A DNA stretch of 64,000 nucleotides from assembly GCF_006345805.1 (NCBI RefSeq), contig NC_042998.1, forward strand, positions 97,092,001 to 97,156,000, written 5' to 3'. The stretch's first letter is position 1. Each line of letters opens with the position of its first letter. This document shows positions 24,076-37,823 of the stretch, one piece after another. The translations under genes were made by a program, and so were the position numbers. A model generated the notes under the pieces. That model was not told the origin of the DNA and made no database searches. It saw only the letters and a program-made list of their open reading frames with translations. This stretch comes from Octopus sinensis. Lineage: Eukaryota.

Positions 24076-25516
24076 GTAATCTCAGGATTTTTATCTTTGC
24101 TTTCTAAATAGACAATTTATAGTAAAGTGTTTATCTCATTTAGCTTAATTCTTAAAGTGATGCTGTCAATAGTATATCTTAGCCATCCTATAAGTATTGA
24201 ATAAGTCTGCATTGATGTGATCCACTGCAAATAAAAAAAAGCTTTTGAAAATGATGTACCGGTATGACTGCAGTCCAATGACTGAAGCCAGTGAAAATAT
24301 AAAAAATGTTGTGTGTTTAGTGGGCAATTTTATTGATGTTTAATTTTCTACAAAATGCCTCTGTGTGGGTGTTTGACCTGTTAGTAATAACAACCAAATC
24401 TCCCTGTCAGAAAACCCATCAAATGTGTGTGTAATATATATATATTATGCTGCAAAAACAGTGAAATATTGATATCCAATTCATCACTCAATCACTTGGT
24501 TTGAGGAATTCAGTGACATCAATAATGTGTGTGTGTGTGGGTTTGTGCGTGTATTCATGTGTATATATCAGAATATGATGGCAAACTCAGTACATTGAAT
24601 AAAAATATCTTGGTTTCTAATTAACCTTTTTATTTCTGTTGGCATTTGCTATTTTTGTTTCAACTAATCTTGAAAATAATGAAGAATTTAGTAAAATAAC
24701 TTAGTAATTATTAAGCTACCATTAAGAACATAACTTTACATGAAATTTTGAACGACGGTTTTAATGTAGGCATGCCCGTTGCTAAGGGGGTGCACTGGAC
24801 AACACTGCCTCCTCACTATTCAATATTGCACTTTCAGATTTACAGTGATACTCTTATTTCAAAATTCCTTTTAGTATTATTACAAATTAGTGCCACCCAG
24901 AATATTCTGAAACACCTCCAAGCATCAAAGTTTGGTGACAGGCCTGAATTTAGGTAATTTTAAACATGAAAATTTTTATCTTAGAACCAAGAGTAGTCTT
25001 GAGCAGGGGGTATCAAAAAGTTTAAACTTGGTTATGTCCATTTGATGTTCGGTGAACTTTGTACTTTCTGTACTTCATTACGATTGACAGAACAAGTACC
25101 AGACAATGTAGTCAATTAAAATCCTTAATGATGATGCTCCAGCATGGCTGCAATTGAATGACTAAAGTAATAAATTGATAAAAGAATAATCTGACAGGCG
25201 TTTACCGACTAATTACTAGTGTTATATTGGAACATGTACAGTATATGATAGCACAGAAGACAATTTTTTTCTCTCCAAGACATCTCAAAAAATCACTCAT
25301 TATGTGAGGTTGGGCCTAATTACATGCTTTAATGCATTAAAATATTTTTCTCCTGAATATGCACTGCTGAAATTGTGGTGTGTCTGGAATGCTTGTGGAT
25401 TTTTTTTTATGCTATCAAATATAATACTTTATTTTGTTTAGTAATGAGAATCACCATTTTGCCCTTTGTATTCAGTTCATATTTTTGTTTTCATTGATTC
25501 AAAATATTTGTTTCAG

Positions 25517-25657
25517 AACATGACAAATGAACTATTACCCAAAATTCTGCCATGTATCCTTGAGGGTTTAAAAGATGATGATGATGATGTAAGAGCAGTT
25601 GCAGCTACAGCACTTGTGCCAGTCTGCAATGAATTAGTCAAACTTTTACCAAATGAG
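25517..25657 (+). CDS. BTAF1: BTAF1 visible exon 8
   Basis: ttcag|AAC..GAG|gtgtgt; LLPKILPCILEGLKDDDDDVRAVAATALVPV (HEAT repeat). Confidence 0.95.
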
Positions 25658-26122
25658 GTGTGTTTTGTTTTTGAAGTTTTTAATTATTACTGTCTTTATT
25701 TTTTCATCTTCATATAAGTGGCTCTTAAAAAAACATATCGATATCATTGATGAGAAAACTAAAATTGTCTATCATAAAATGGATATTTATAGTGATATAT
25801 TTAGTTTGTATAGATATTTCAAGTGATAAATATTGAATATGCTTATTGATTATTTTATTCGGGGTTTTATAAATTATTATTAAACATTCTTGCCAGCTCT
25901 CTATCAAACTGTCCAACCTGTGCCAGCATGGAAAGCGAACATTAAACAACAAGAAATCTATATTATTTTTTAGGATGAATATAAATTTATTTTGAATATT
26001 AATATTAGAGATCATCAAATATTTGTAACAAGTATCCTGTTTTTCTAACAAGTATCATGCCAGAATAAAAGATTCATTAATAATTCATTTTTGACTTGAA
26101 ACTCTTTATTTTGTTGATGTAG

Positions 26123-26253
26123 GTTCCTAAAATTATAGGAATGCTGTGGGAGATATTGCTAGACTTAGATGATCTAACTGCATCTACCAACAGTATTATG
26201 ACCTTACTCTCAACATTATTATGCTACCCTGAAGGAGAAGAATCTACTCAAAG
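26123..26253 (+). CDS. BTAF1: BTAF1 visible exon 9
   Basis: gtag|GTT..AG|gtgatt; VPKIIGMLWEILLDLDDLTASTNSIMTLLS. Confidence 0.95.
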
Positions 26254-26794
26254 GTGATTAAAATTTAAAACATTGTTTTTGAAGTTTTGTTTGACACATT
26301 TCATTCCTTTTCAATAAGATTAGCAAAAGTCTAATTGTAGCCCATATTTTAAACTTTGTGCACCTAGCAAAAGTAGTTGAACAACTGATATGTATTGATT
26401 TACATCTCATAGATGCTCTAGTTTTCATTGTCAGTGATATTTCTAGGATCTCAGGGTTTTGGGGCTTTCAGCATCAGACCCCTACCTCACCCAGTTGACA
26501 CAGCTGGAGTTGGTCAAGTCTCAGCTTGCATCCCAGTTGTAGCAAGCCATTGGTGGGTTCTCTTTATCCAAAGCCATCTAGTAGCCTTTTCTGCCCCTTC
26601 AGTAAGGGAATATATAGTCCTCTTTACTCCACTGTAACTCCAAGCCCAGTCAGGGTTTTGCAGAATAAATGTCCCACAGAAACCTGGCAGCCTACATCAG
26701 CTGGCTTGCAATGTGTCTGTTGGTCTTGGTTTGTGCATTGGTACCTTTAACTCTTTTGATTCATTGATAAATTTTGAAGAACATTTTCATTGTT

Positions 26795-26957
26795 AAAGTG
26801 ATAGTATGTTGTCAACTTAATGTGACTGTCCCATGAAAGGGAAGAATGCTACTGTTATTTAGCCCAACAGGAAACGGTGTTTCCTAGGGCTAAATAACAG
26901 TAGCATTCTTCCCTTTCATGGGACTGTCACATTAAGTTGACAACATACTATCACTTT
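26795..26957. repeat. Near-perfect inverted repeat (71-bp arms, 1 mismatch, 21-nt spacer)
   Basis: Arms 26795-26865 and 26887-26957; the spacer holds a further AGGAAAC/GTTTCCT stem. Confidence 0.95.
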
Positions 26958-27208
26958 GTGCTGCTACTGCATAAATCTCTCTGAGAGATTTAGAAATGTA
27001 TTATTTCTATTTTCATTGTTGTTTTCCCCAGAGAGGCATTTTCATTTTTAGTGATTCTAATTTTGATGTTTTTAGTGTTATCCTGAAAGTGAGCATCATG
27101 TTCATCTTCAGTATCAGTTTAGCTTAACCTGTTTCTATATTCCCTCATAATTCTGTCAATCAGAGTAACTTTTAATAACTAAAGTATATCTTGTGGATTT
27201 CATTTCAG

Positions 27209-27326
27209 CTCTGAGCATTCATTAGTGGAATTGGTTCCCAGACTTTGGCCATTTCTTCGTCACAATATTGCATCTGTGCGGAAAGCATCATTGAAAACAT
27301 TTCACACGTTACTAAATTTGGAACAG
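27209..27326 (+). CDS. BTAF1: BTAF1 visible exon 10
   Basis: ttcag|C..CAG|gtaaat; LVELVPRLWPFLRHNIASVRKASLKT. Confidence 0.95.
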
Positions 27327-27424
27327 GTAAATGAATATGTTTCCATAGTTTTAAAAAGCATGTTGTATAATTTATTGTATATTTTATATATTTAAAAAGT
27401 TTATCATACAAAATTTATTGTAAG

Positions 27425-27560
27425 TGTAGGTGTGACTGTGTACTAAGAAGCTTGCTTCCCAATCAAATGGTTCCCAGGTTCAGTCCCACTCTGTGGCATC
27501 TTGGGCAAGTGTCTTCTAAGGCCTCAGGCCAATCAAAGCCTTGTAAGTGGATCTGCTGAT
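27425..27560 (+). mobile_element. tRNA-derived SINE head
   Basis: GGTGTGACTGTGTACTAAGAAGC..GGTTCAGTCCCACTCTGTGGCATCTTGGGCAAGTGTC. Confidence 0.8.
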
Positions 27561-28049
27561 TTGATTAGATTAGTTAGACTGATTTGATTAGTTACTGAAT
27601 TTAAAATTCCAGTAAAAGTAATTGCAGTACTGGAAATTGTAGTTGGTTGTTTGATTTTAAATATTTGCATCATTTTATAATTTACAGTAACAATATCTTG
27701 TGACAGTGAAATAAAACTTCTGCGACCATGTTGCAGTAGCTTCTTTTTAAATTTAATTATTTTTATAAATCTACATAACTGCAAGATTTTAAAAATAAAT
27801 AGTGGGGAACATGGGAAGTTCACATGTATCTGTATTTGTTTTGAAAATCTTTTTAAAAACTGTCAGACATTTGTAAATTATTTGATGCTGCAATACTATA
27901 TATGTTTTAGAGAAGATATATCTTTGGATATCGTCATCAATCCTGAGATGTTACTGTCTTGAGTCCTAGGACTCATAGGCCCACTTATTTAGTTTCAATG
28001 GTGCATGATTGACTGAAATCACTTTCCCTTTGAATGAGACGCCAGCATT

Positions 28050-28190
28050 CACGGTAACTCATTTTCAGCTGAGTGGACTGGAGCAATGTGAAATGACATG
28101 TTTTGCTCAAGAACACAATACCTATTCTAGCAGTTGAAGACATGAGCTTGTCACATCCTAACCACTAGATCATGTGCAATCACCTATTTT
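28050..28190 (-). mobile_element. SINE fragment of a further family (head plus core)
   Basis: CTCATTTTCAGCTGAGTGGACTGGAGCAATGTGAAATG..TTGCTCAAGAACACAA..CTAACCACTAG, typical of a reverse-strand tRNA-SINE body. Confidence 0.55.
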
Positions 28191-28643
28191 TGAATTAGTG
28201 GTTGTTAAATTAAAAATTGGTTCTATAATTGGTTTTGACTATTTCGGTACAGGTTTCCATGTGATAAATACGCTTCTTGAATTTTAATTAGTCTTGATGT
28301 TATTGGTTAGTTTTTAGTTATTTACGGATTATTGATTGAACTCTTCTCTTCTTTCCAAATTCATGTAAACAGGATTTTGTTAAACAGTTTTATATTTGGT
28401 GTCATTTCATAAAATTCACAGCAAAAAAAAATGATTAAGTTGAACTTACCATTCAGAATGAAAGAATTGGTCACTAACTGCTTGCAATATATTATTTAAT
28501 GGAGACTAAATTTATGGCAGTTTCAAAACTGACAAAATATTGTGGTAAATTATTTGTAAATTACATACATTTTCTTAAAAATAAATAAAATTTTCTTTTG
28601 AAGCAAAACATTTGAAACTCACTTTGATTTTTTAATGTTTCAG

Positions 28644-28751
28644 AATCATCCAAAGAACTGGCTTTTACCGCTGTTGTCTGCTTCTCTACGGCATATCTTC
28701 CAACGAGCTCTTCTTGAATCCAATCCTGAGATTTTGACTCTTGTTGAAAAA
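28644..28751 (+). CDS. BTAF1: BTAF1 visible exon 11
   Basis: ttcag|AAT..AAA|gtgtgc (weak donor); WLLPLLSASLRHIFQRALLESNPEILTLVEK. Confidence 0.9.
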
Positions 28752-30283
28752 GTGTGCTTATTAAACATTTGAATTACTTTTATTATATTTGATAAACAAT
28801 TTTTATAATATTTTAAAAATTATTAATCTTAATTTTTGTTATTAATCTTAACTTCATTAACATAGCATTCTATTGCATTTTTTTTTAAGCATAGGCATAA
28901 TTAACCCTGTATTTGGAAATTACTAACTGATAAATGTGTGTGTGTGTGTGTGTGCAATGATGATGATTCCATATTTCAGTGATGACTTAGAAGTGTGTTT
29001 CTTAGTAATGTTCATTGTTTAGTGGTCCACATGTAAGTTATGTTATGGTTTGTTCCAATTGATATTGAAGCATACCGCAACATTGCAAGTTACTCACTAA
29101 GTTGCTGGACTCTGAAAATTTATTGAAATATGACTGTCTTTAACAGCCACAGTTTAGTGCATGTGCGACCCAGTAATTGATGCCCATCTATGTGTATTTC
29201 AGGTTCTCTTTCAGTTTGTCCTTTAAGTGAAGTAAGAGCCTGCCTGTCAAGTGTGAGGCATCTGGTATTTCCCCCAATGGGATTTGCTTGAGAGTTCTCA
29301 GTTCCTCCATATATACTATAACATATATTTGTACTGTAATTGAGGAGCCCAGTTTGTATTGTGAATTCTAATGTTCCTAGTCCATTCTTGCCAGCAAAAG
29401 CCACATTTGATGCAAATGAAGATAGGAAAAGTCTACACTCTGTACAGTTCAATTGTTTGATAGACAACCAATTTCATTGTTAGTGGCATAAAAAGTGACT
29501 ATGCTATATATAGTGTGAGAACTGCTAAAATCCATCTTCACTCAACTGTTTGTGCTAGTTGCTCACCAACTGTTGTGCAGCAGTCTATAAAAGATTTGAG
29601 ATAAGGAGCAAATGACTGTTTTGGCCATTGATAAGCACTGACAATAGACTAGTTAGTTGGTACTACAATGTCAGAGTTTGTTTTTGACAAGACTAAAGCA
29701 CCCCCATTAACATCTGTTGCCTATAATCATTCCATATATCATCATTATTTTTACATCCACTTCCCATGTTGGCATGGGTTGGACATTATCACAGGGTCAA
29801 GTGGGTTGTTCCAGTGTTGGTTGGGTTTCTATGGTTAGATGCCCTTCCTAACATTGATCACTTTACAAAGTGTACTGGGTGCTTTTTATTTATGGCAATT
29901 TGCTAATGTAACTTGCAAGACTCAAGAACCCTCTCAACTGAGAGGGAGGAGTTAGTGGTGGTTTTAAGTGAGGGGTTTAGAAGTTTGACTGTAGGAGCAG
30001 TAAGTGCTTTGCTGTTCTGTAAGAAGTTCATAGCTACTTTATATTTTATATAGGTGGGTGGGGGAGACAGAAGTGGTGCCCACATAGGAGGTAGATATGA
30101 TGATGATGAGGTATTTGAATGTACTCTTATGGTAATGTGCGAGAAGGTGAACAGAAGTGAGTGTGGATAAAGAAGAACCAGAGAAAAAGTTTAAATTCCT
30201 TGTTATATATTTATTATGATGACCATAAGAATATGTTATTTCCTTCTCTGCATTGATAAGTTGTATGTATTTGTATTTTCAAG

Positions 30284-30433
30284 GTTTGGGGTCAGATATT
30301 GTTGCAAGTACCTTTAGAAAATTTAACTGAAGCTTCTGTAGCTTGGTTAGGAGTTTGGTTTTGCCTTCTTATGCAACCTGCAAAAATTCCTTTTGATCCA
30401 TCTTATATACTTGAAGCAAAACACAGAGGAAGA
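30284..30433 (+). CDS. BTAF1: BTAF1 visible exon 12
   Basis: caag|GTT..AGA|gtaagt; VWGQILL..WLGVWFCLLMQPAKIPFDPSYILEAKHR. Confidence 0.92.
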
Positions 30434-30622
30434 GTAAGTATTCACAAATATAGTTTGTGTTTTTGAGGATTTTTGCTATTAAATCTTAGCTGATGATCTA
30501 ATTTGATTTTGTGGTTATTGTGTGAAGTTGTAAAATTATGATTTCATACAAAACTAAATCTTATTTATGTTTATCTATTTTTTTTTCTCCCTTTCTTATC
30601 ATTGGTTTAATTTATTTTCTAG

Positions 30623-30792
30623 GATCAACAGCTTCTGAAAAATCCACTTCGTCAGCTAAATGAAAATTGTACGAGTTTTAATACTGAAACTAGTACGAAA
30701 CAAAAAGATTTCCTGGGTGGTAGTGATTGTTACAATGAGTCTTCACTTGAAGATGATATTTATATTACTAGATCAAGAATGATTGGAGCCAA
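30623..30792 (+). CDS. BTAF1: BTAF1 visible exon 13
   Basis: ttctag|GAT..AA|gtaagt; open frame ending DFLGGSD..ITRSRMIGA; phases fit both neighbours. Confidence 0.88.
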
Positions 30793-31703
30793 GTAAGTTA
30801 AATAAATATTTTTTGTTAGTTTTTGTTAGTTTTTAGTTTAGTGTAAATCAATCCATTTATCATATTTTTCTGGTAATGTTCTATGTGTTGGACATTTAAC
30901 CATCCACATCCAATTTTTTCCAAAGTTTATATTATTTCTGTTTTATATTCATACATGCTTGTTTTAATTAGATAGTAATCTCTTACTTTTCAAGTTTTAT
31001 AATGTACACTTTTAGCTTAATTTTTTGTGTGACAAAATTCTTATATGCAACCTATGTAATGATAACCTAATCAAATATGCTAATGCTAGATCAGATGTAT
31101 TTCTTGATCAATCCTTTAATTACCATTGATTATGAAAAGAATTTTGATTTATTCTGTGTGATTTATAGACATAATTAAAAAGTATTTCACTCTGGTCTTC
31201 AGAAATAATTTCTAATCATGTTCAGACTAAAAAATTCTCTTTTAATTTTGGATGGAGTTGAAAAACTTATGAAGACTTGTAAAAATGAGACCCCCAAGAC
31301 TGCATCCAAAAGAAAGTTATATGACTAACAAGCATAGATTAACTCGCCAACTTGTTCTGATTACTAGCTCACAAATGCATAGTTTCTTCTCTCTACTGCT
31401 TCTATCACTACTACAATGACATCTGTTCTTTTGAATCAGTTATATTCATACATCCTGCACTTAAACCTATCTAGGACACATATCTCTTCTTCTTGTTACT
31501 CTGACACTGTCTCATCTCCTAAACTCTACACTAAATACTTCATGTTGTGGTTCCTGCCTAGGACTGAAAACTCCCTCTCTAATCACGCTTTTCTTGCAGA
31601 CACTAACCACAAATAATTGACTGCTTCAATCTCACCAGTCTAGGAAGATGGATAAATTCATAATCCTTCCACTACCTTTTAATTTAATTGAAAAATAAAA
31701 TGT

Positions 31704-31896
31704 TTAAACCTAATATTCCATCTGTTTTTATTTAAACTTGCCAGATCTGACCTCTCACATCTACCCTACAATGTCATCCTAAAAATAAACAGATACATCA
31801 TAATCTCATAGTTATGTGATAATGCATGATAAATCAAAACAATGTGAGTAAAGAAGCATTTTATTTAACAGAGTAATCTGAATGTTATAGGGTTAA
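31704..31896. mobile_element. TTAA MITE family 2, diverged copy
   Basis: Reverse-orientation match to 62996-63215; ends GTAATCTGAATGTTATAGGGTTAA. Confidence 0.65.
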
Positions 31897-32029
31897 TACA
31901 GTATTGGAGGTTTAACAGGAAATAACGACAGAATGATCTGAGGAAACAGCTCAGAAAGAAATGTATTAGATAGAAGATTCTTTGATATCAACTCATTGCC
32001 TTATAAAATTTGTAAAAGTAATTTGATAT

Positions 32030-32072
<43 letters not shown>

Positions 32073-32108
32073 AATTTGCTAATTAAAAAAATGGTTTTAT
32101 CTTTTTAG

Positions 32109-32280
32109 ATTGTTAGGAAAGTTATGTACATTCCTTACTGCAGTGGAACCAGATGATACAGACCCATCAAAATCTCTTGATCCCATATGCAAGTTAATGA
32201 TATTTCATCTTACTTCTAATTCTGCTCTGCAGAGGTTTGTTGTTGCACAGATAATCTATGCTTGGGGCTGTGAAAATAAG
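32109..32280 (+). CDS. BTAF1: BTAF1 visible exon 14
   Basis: tttag|A..AAG|gtgagt; LLGKLCTFL..FHLTSNSALQRFVVAQIIYAW. Confidence 0.92.
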
Positions 32281-32967
32281 GTGAGTAGCAATGTAATTCT
32301 AATTAAGATCAAATCTTTTAATAATTTAAACTTTACATCTAATAATTCATTGTAACAATGTCAGCATTAGACTGCAATTTTTGAGCATATTGGAAATAAT
32401 CAACCAAAGTTCACACCCTATTCTCCAGATCAAACATTTACATCAAGAATTACAGAATAAATGTTATTTCATATCATTCAAACATAATTTGTTCAACTTC
32501 AAAGAACAACTTGTTCACGTGATCACAAAATTTTATGCGAACATGAAAGGTACAGAAAAGATCTAACATAAATAAAATGAAAATTTTTTTAAAAATGTAC
32601 AAAAAGTAAAAAAATATGTTATAAAAGTGTAAAACTAATTTAATTGTTTTAGATTATCACAATTTAGTAGTAAATTTTCATGCTAGCATAAATCAGGTTT
32701 TTTTTTTATTTTATAAAATTGGTTGTCTTACATAGTATTTTTACAGTTGATGTCATTCTTGTTACTATTGCAGACTTGATAGGGTGTTAGTAATCTAAAC
32801 AAGTACCAAGAATGATTCTTTTAAGCTAATGAACAGTATATTCTGTATTATTGAATTCCCCTGCAAAATCACAAATAATTGAATATACTGCCCATCCTAT
32901 GGTGTATAACAAATATTATTACATATTTTACAAACATTTTATTTAAATTAATCAATTCAATTTTCAG

Positions 32968-33137
32968 TACCCATCATGCACAGACGATCTAAAACAGCGA
33001 ATTCATACCTGTCTAAATGAAGCTATTTATTTTGATGAAATTGCTGTATCATTCACACGAATGCAGACAGAATGTCGTGATTTTATTGCTGGTCTTAAGC
33101 AGCAAGGTTTAAATATAGAGGAACACTTTCCACCAAG
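32968..33137 (+). CDS. BTAF1: BTAF1 visible exon 15
   Basis: ttcag|TAC..AG|gtaatg; LNEAIYFDEIAVSFTRMQTECRDFIAGL. Confidence 0.92.
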
Positions 33138-33477
33138 GTAATGAATTCATTTTATATATATACACACACACACTCATATACATGATAAATACATATGGAG
33201 TTGGAGGATTGTGTTGTACTCCAAAGTCTACTTTGGCATGGTTGCTATGACTAGATGCTTTTCCTAATGTTAACCACTTTTACTGAGTGTGTTGGTTACT
33301 TTCTTTTTGTGGCACCAGCATTAGTGAGGTTTCTCTGTAACTCTCAATTCTAAAAAGTCCCTTTACTGAGTAGGAGTATACTCGAGTGGATTTATGTTAG
33401 TTGTTGAGGTATGGAGGATGGAACACAAACAGTTCTCTCATCACAGAAGAGAGATATGGCCGTTTCACATTATATAT

Positions 33478-33616
33478 AAGTTAAGAAGGGCATCCAGCCG
33501 TAGAAACACTGCCAGATCAGACTGGGCCTGATGCAGCCTTCTGGCTTCACAGACCCCTGTTGAACTGTCCAACCCATGCTAGCATGGAAAGCGGACGCTA
33601 AATGATGATGATGATG
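33478..33616 (+). mobile_element. RTE 3'-tail copy
   Basis: GAAGGGCATCCAGCCGTAGAAAC..GGAAAGCGGACGCTAAATGATGATGATG. Confidence 0.88.
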
Positions 33617-35799
33617 GGTGTGAGTAACCAGGGTGATTAATACCAGAAAGGGACATAATGGTGGTGGTGAGTGGTAGATAAAGGTGGGATGGTAGTCACT
33701 GGTAAATATGAGTTGTAAGAAAAGTATGGGAGTGTAGGTGATGACTGGCAGTACAGAAAGGGTGAAAAGCACCATAATATTAATAATAATAATAATACAA
33801 GAAGGGAAGGAAAAGAAAGAAACAAGACAAGTGGATAGGTTGCAAGAGCGTGTGAGGTAAGTGAGAGATATATAGTAATAGGAACAGCAATGGTCAGAGT
33901 TACATAGAGGTGAGTCAAAAAGGAGGTGACTGGTAGTACAGAAAGAGTGATAAATGGAAAATATGAGTGAGGAGGGACGATTTTAAGAATGAAGAATAAC
34001 TGTCAAAGGAAGCAGTACTGGGGAGTGAAAGCAAGAACTGGTGGAACAGAAAAAGATATGATATATAATTTTGCTTAGATTGCTGCACTTGTTAAGAGTG
34101 TGATGGGAAGAAGAGTAATAGGGAGATGAATGGGTAATAGAGAAGACTTGACAGGGACAAATTGGGTGAGGGGCCCAGTTGTGTGTTTATACACAATGCT
34201 TTCAGAACCTCAGTTTTGTCATGAATGACAGGTCTTCTTAAACATCGTGCATTATGAATCCTGTTGGTCCTTTGTCAGCTCCTCCACAAAACTCAAAATG
34301 CAGATATTGACCTTCACCATTTCATCCTATGTCTTCAGTTTCTTTCTTCCTCAAACTCCATTCGCATTAACTTCTTTACACATCTGCTTTCATTCACATA
34401 TACACTATCTTAAATGATTTGATAATACCTATAAATTTTTTTGGCTTCAATTTACATTTGTTGATTGATATACAAATGAACTTTATATACTTAATAATCT
34501 AATATGCATTTTAAAATCTGTGTGGATAAGTAGTTTCTGAGAGCTTTACAAATAATATATTTGAGAGTAAATGGCAATGCATTCAAGAATTTGTTGCAGA
34601 AGTGTCCCCATTAAATTTTTCAGCTTCATTGAAGCTCATGAGAATTTCTGTACACAAATAACACAGTTTCTACTGTCAAATATATGGGATTATGTAGATA
34701 ACACAAACAATGAGTACTTTAAATTTACTGAAGTACTTGTTTTAACATTTTAATATACTTTTCTGTCTCTCTCTCCAATTTTGGATTTATTTTCCCATGT
34801 TAGTTTGGTTCTCTGGATGCAGACTTTGTCTTGTAACCATGTGGTTTCAAGTCCTATCTTACTGTATGACAAGTCTTCTACTGTAGCCTTGGGTTGACCA
34901 ATACCATGTGAATGAAAATGGTAATTGTTAACTGGGTGGAAGTTGTGTGTGTGCGCACATGTGTGCATGTATAAATATTGACATTCCATACCTTTGCTTA
35001 TCACTGTGTGGGGGAAGCAGTGATGTAATGTTTATATATTCTGTTGCCAAACATCCTGTTGCTATGTGCTTTTGAATACCAGCAGAACAAAAAATTAATC
35101 ACGAACTTGAAAATCAAGTAAGGGTTGGTGAGATGAAAGATATCTGCCTAAGATAAGTCTTTGTTTAATCCACGTTAGCATAGAAAAGCATGTAAAACAA
35201 GTAAGCTATCATAGATTGGATAGTATTTTCATGTTTGAACAAGTTATTACTGTTAGTAGAATGAACTTCCTACTACTAAACACTCATCTGTGTGTTGTAC
35301 TTTAGTTGTTATTGTAGCTACAGATCAGCTTTGATCGAGTGGGCCAAGGCATTTCAGCTATGATTATCCTGATTTTTTTTTCCAGGCACCATATATTTCA
35401 CTGCTCTTTTTACATGTTTTTTTTAATGATCTGAGAGAAATTTGGCTATATTTCTGTCAAGTTTAATGATAGACATATAGACATTCCCATAATTATTTTG
35501 GTTCCTATTTTTCTATAAAGCAAGCAGAGTATAGTACTTTGGCTTCAGACCATCACTGTTGACTTCATTATTCAGACACAATGCATTGTGATTTCAGTTG
35601 ATAACCAAATGGCTGGTTCTCTAACAACTTTATCTCAAAACACTGTATTTTTTCTTATCACTTATGTTTTCAGGGTCATTGAACTTTGTAAAGTATTATT
35701 TCAGGTCTTGTTAGAAACTATTATTATTTCAATTCAGAAATACAGCAAGGTGGTTGAATTGTTAACAAATTTGACAAAATGCTTAGCGACATTCCTTCT

Positions 35800-35920
35800 A
35801 GGTTCAAATTCTGCTGAGATCAATTTTGTCTTTCGTCCTTTCAAATTTGTCAAAATAAGTACCAGTTGCACACTGGGGGCAATGTAATCGACTTACACTT
35901 TGTGCCAAAATTAGAAACCA
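35800..35920 (+). mobile_element. Nin-like SINE 3' half
   Basis: GTTCAAATTCTGCTGAGATC..AAATAAGTACCAGTTG..GTAATCGACTTA. Confidence 0.6.
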
Positions 35921-36344
35921 TTGTTTCAGTTCAGTAATAATTACTTTGATCTTAAGTTTTCTTTTATTCTTTTTTCTATAATTAGTGTTGTGTATGTCTT
36001 CTTCTTTAGGTCAGCTGATTAAAATTATTAACTGTTCTTTGTAAACATAAATATTAATTTCATTGGGTAAAATATTTACTGGAACCTAGTCTTAATTCTT
36101 CACTACAAACTAAGATGTCCTTTGAATCATGTCAGAAATGTTAAACAGATGATAACTTTAATGACATTTTCCTAATAACTATTTCATTTTTTGGTTGCAT
36201 TCTTAATATTTTGAGTTAACAGACACTTTAATTTTTCTTATCATACCTCAAATATTTTTTCTCTTTTTTGTAACCAGTGTCTGATGTTTTTAATTACAAA
36301 CTGTTTCTTAGCCACCTTATCCTATGAATTAATACATGTTATCA

Positions 36345-36720
36345 TTGCCATCATCATTATCATTGAATGTCTGTTTTCCATGCTGGCATGAGTTGAATGG
36401 TTTACAGGAGCCTGTAAATTAGAGAACTGCACCAAACTCCAATGTTTACTTTGGCATGGTTTATTCTACTGGATACCCTTCCTAATGCCAGCCACTTTAC
36501 TGAGTGTACTGGGACTTTTTACATGGCATTGGCAGTAGTGAAGTCTTCAAGTAATTCACAAAGGTTCACGACTTAGTATTGAAAGAGGTGGCTTTATGCC
36601 AGGTGATGAAAGGTTTAAGTATAATAGAGGGCCAGGAACAGGTATCTTGTAGAGGACATACATGGCTATCCTAGTTGGAAGAGACAAAAGATGGTGCTAA
36701 TATTGTGTCAGGGCATACCC
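36345..36720 (-). mobile_element. Diverged RTE 3'-tail copy
   Basis: CATCATCATT..TTCCATGCTGGCATG..GGATACCCTTCCTAATGCC. Confidence 0.7.
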
Positions 36721-36860
36721 TCGAGGGACATGTGATTGTTTTATATACCTTTGTGGTTCCCCAACTTTTGCTTCTAGTCTCTTAATACTTAAATTATTAT
36801 TAGATATTATCAAATACTTTTATTCTGTGAGAAATTAATGTGAAATTCTTTTATCTGCAG

Positions 36861-37025
36861 TGTAATACTGACATTTGAGCAGGCATATGCTTTAACATCA
36901 ACAGCCTTTGATAATTTGAAAACCAACCTGAAACCTAAGTCATTGCAAACATTTGAGGAGAGACGTTCACAGTTACAAATATGTATTTCACAAACAACAC
37001 AAGAACAGCAAACTTACAGTGTTCG
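36861..37025 (+). CDS. BTAF1: BTAF1 visible exon 16
   Basis: ctgcag|T..CG|gtaaga; ILTFEQAYALTS..ERRSQLQICISQTTQEQ. Confidence 0.88.
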
Positions 37026-37652
37026 GTAAGAAAGTCTTTCTACCTTTTCATTAAATTACTTTGAATTATTTAAATATTCATTGAATATTTTGATAAGTCT
37101 TTAGACTGAAGAATAAATTGAAATTTATTCAAGAAAAAGTAGACAGACACTGAGAGATTATTTTATTTGATTTTGTAAATATATTCTTTAAATTTTTGAA
37201 GATTAGGTAGGTAAATATTTACATGGAATGAATACCAGGAAGAGTTGTTTTATGAAAGAAATACAGGAAAAAAAAGCCAGTTGCTATGGTAATAGTGAAC
37301 CTGATAACCTACTGACTTGTAGATGCACTTTTGAAGGCTCTCATCTTCATGTAGTGAATGTTGAGCAAGTCATTATGGTGTGGTTTGTAACTGTTCTAGC
37401 TGTGTTCATTGAAAAATTTGAACTCAGTACTACAGGCGACTGAAGCAATCATCAGTTATATAGATTATTATTATTTATTTATTATTCAATTAGTTAAATA
37501 CAAGCTGTTGAAATAGTGCATTGTTCTGTGTGTGATGGATGTATTTTATAGCTGTAGAAATTTTGGTTGCACTGTCAAATGCATCTGTATTCTATGATAA
37601 CTTGAAATTATGAAGAATAGAAATTTTTTCATGCATCTTTAACACTGTCAAA

Positions 37653-37823
37653 CATGGTGTGCAAGAGAGACGACTGCATTGGTATGGTCATGTAATGTGT
37701 ATGGATGTGGACAGCTATGTGAAGAATTGCCAATCTCTAATAGAGGAGGGAAGCTGTGGAAGTGGGAGACCCAGGAAGACATGGGACAAGGTGGTGAAGC
37801 ATGATCTTCAAACATTGGGCCTA
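37653..37823 (+). pseudogene. RTE RT C-terminal fragment
   Basis: GVQERRLHWYGHVM..GSCGSGRPRKTWDKVVKHDL. Confidence 0.8.

Noticed and set aside
24768-24952. Insert splitting a TTAA MITE, possibly a hAT-type MITE
   Set aside because: The ends are only loosely complementary and I could not identify a target duplication.
37380-37460. CTGATGA...GAAC on the minus strand as a hammerhead ribozyme remnant
   Set aside because: The GAAA core is imperfect and stems I and III could not be built.
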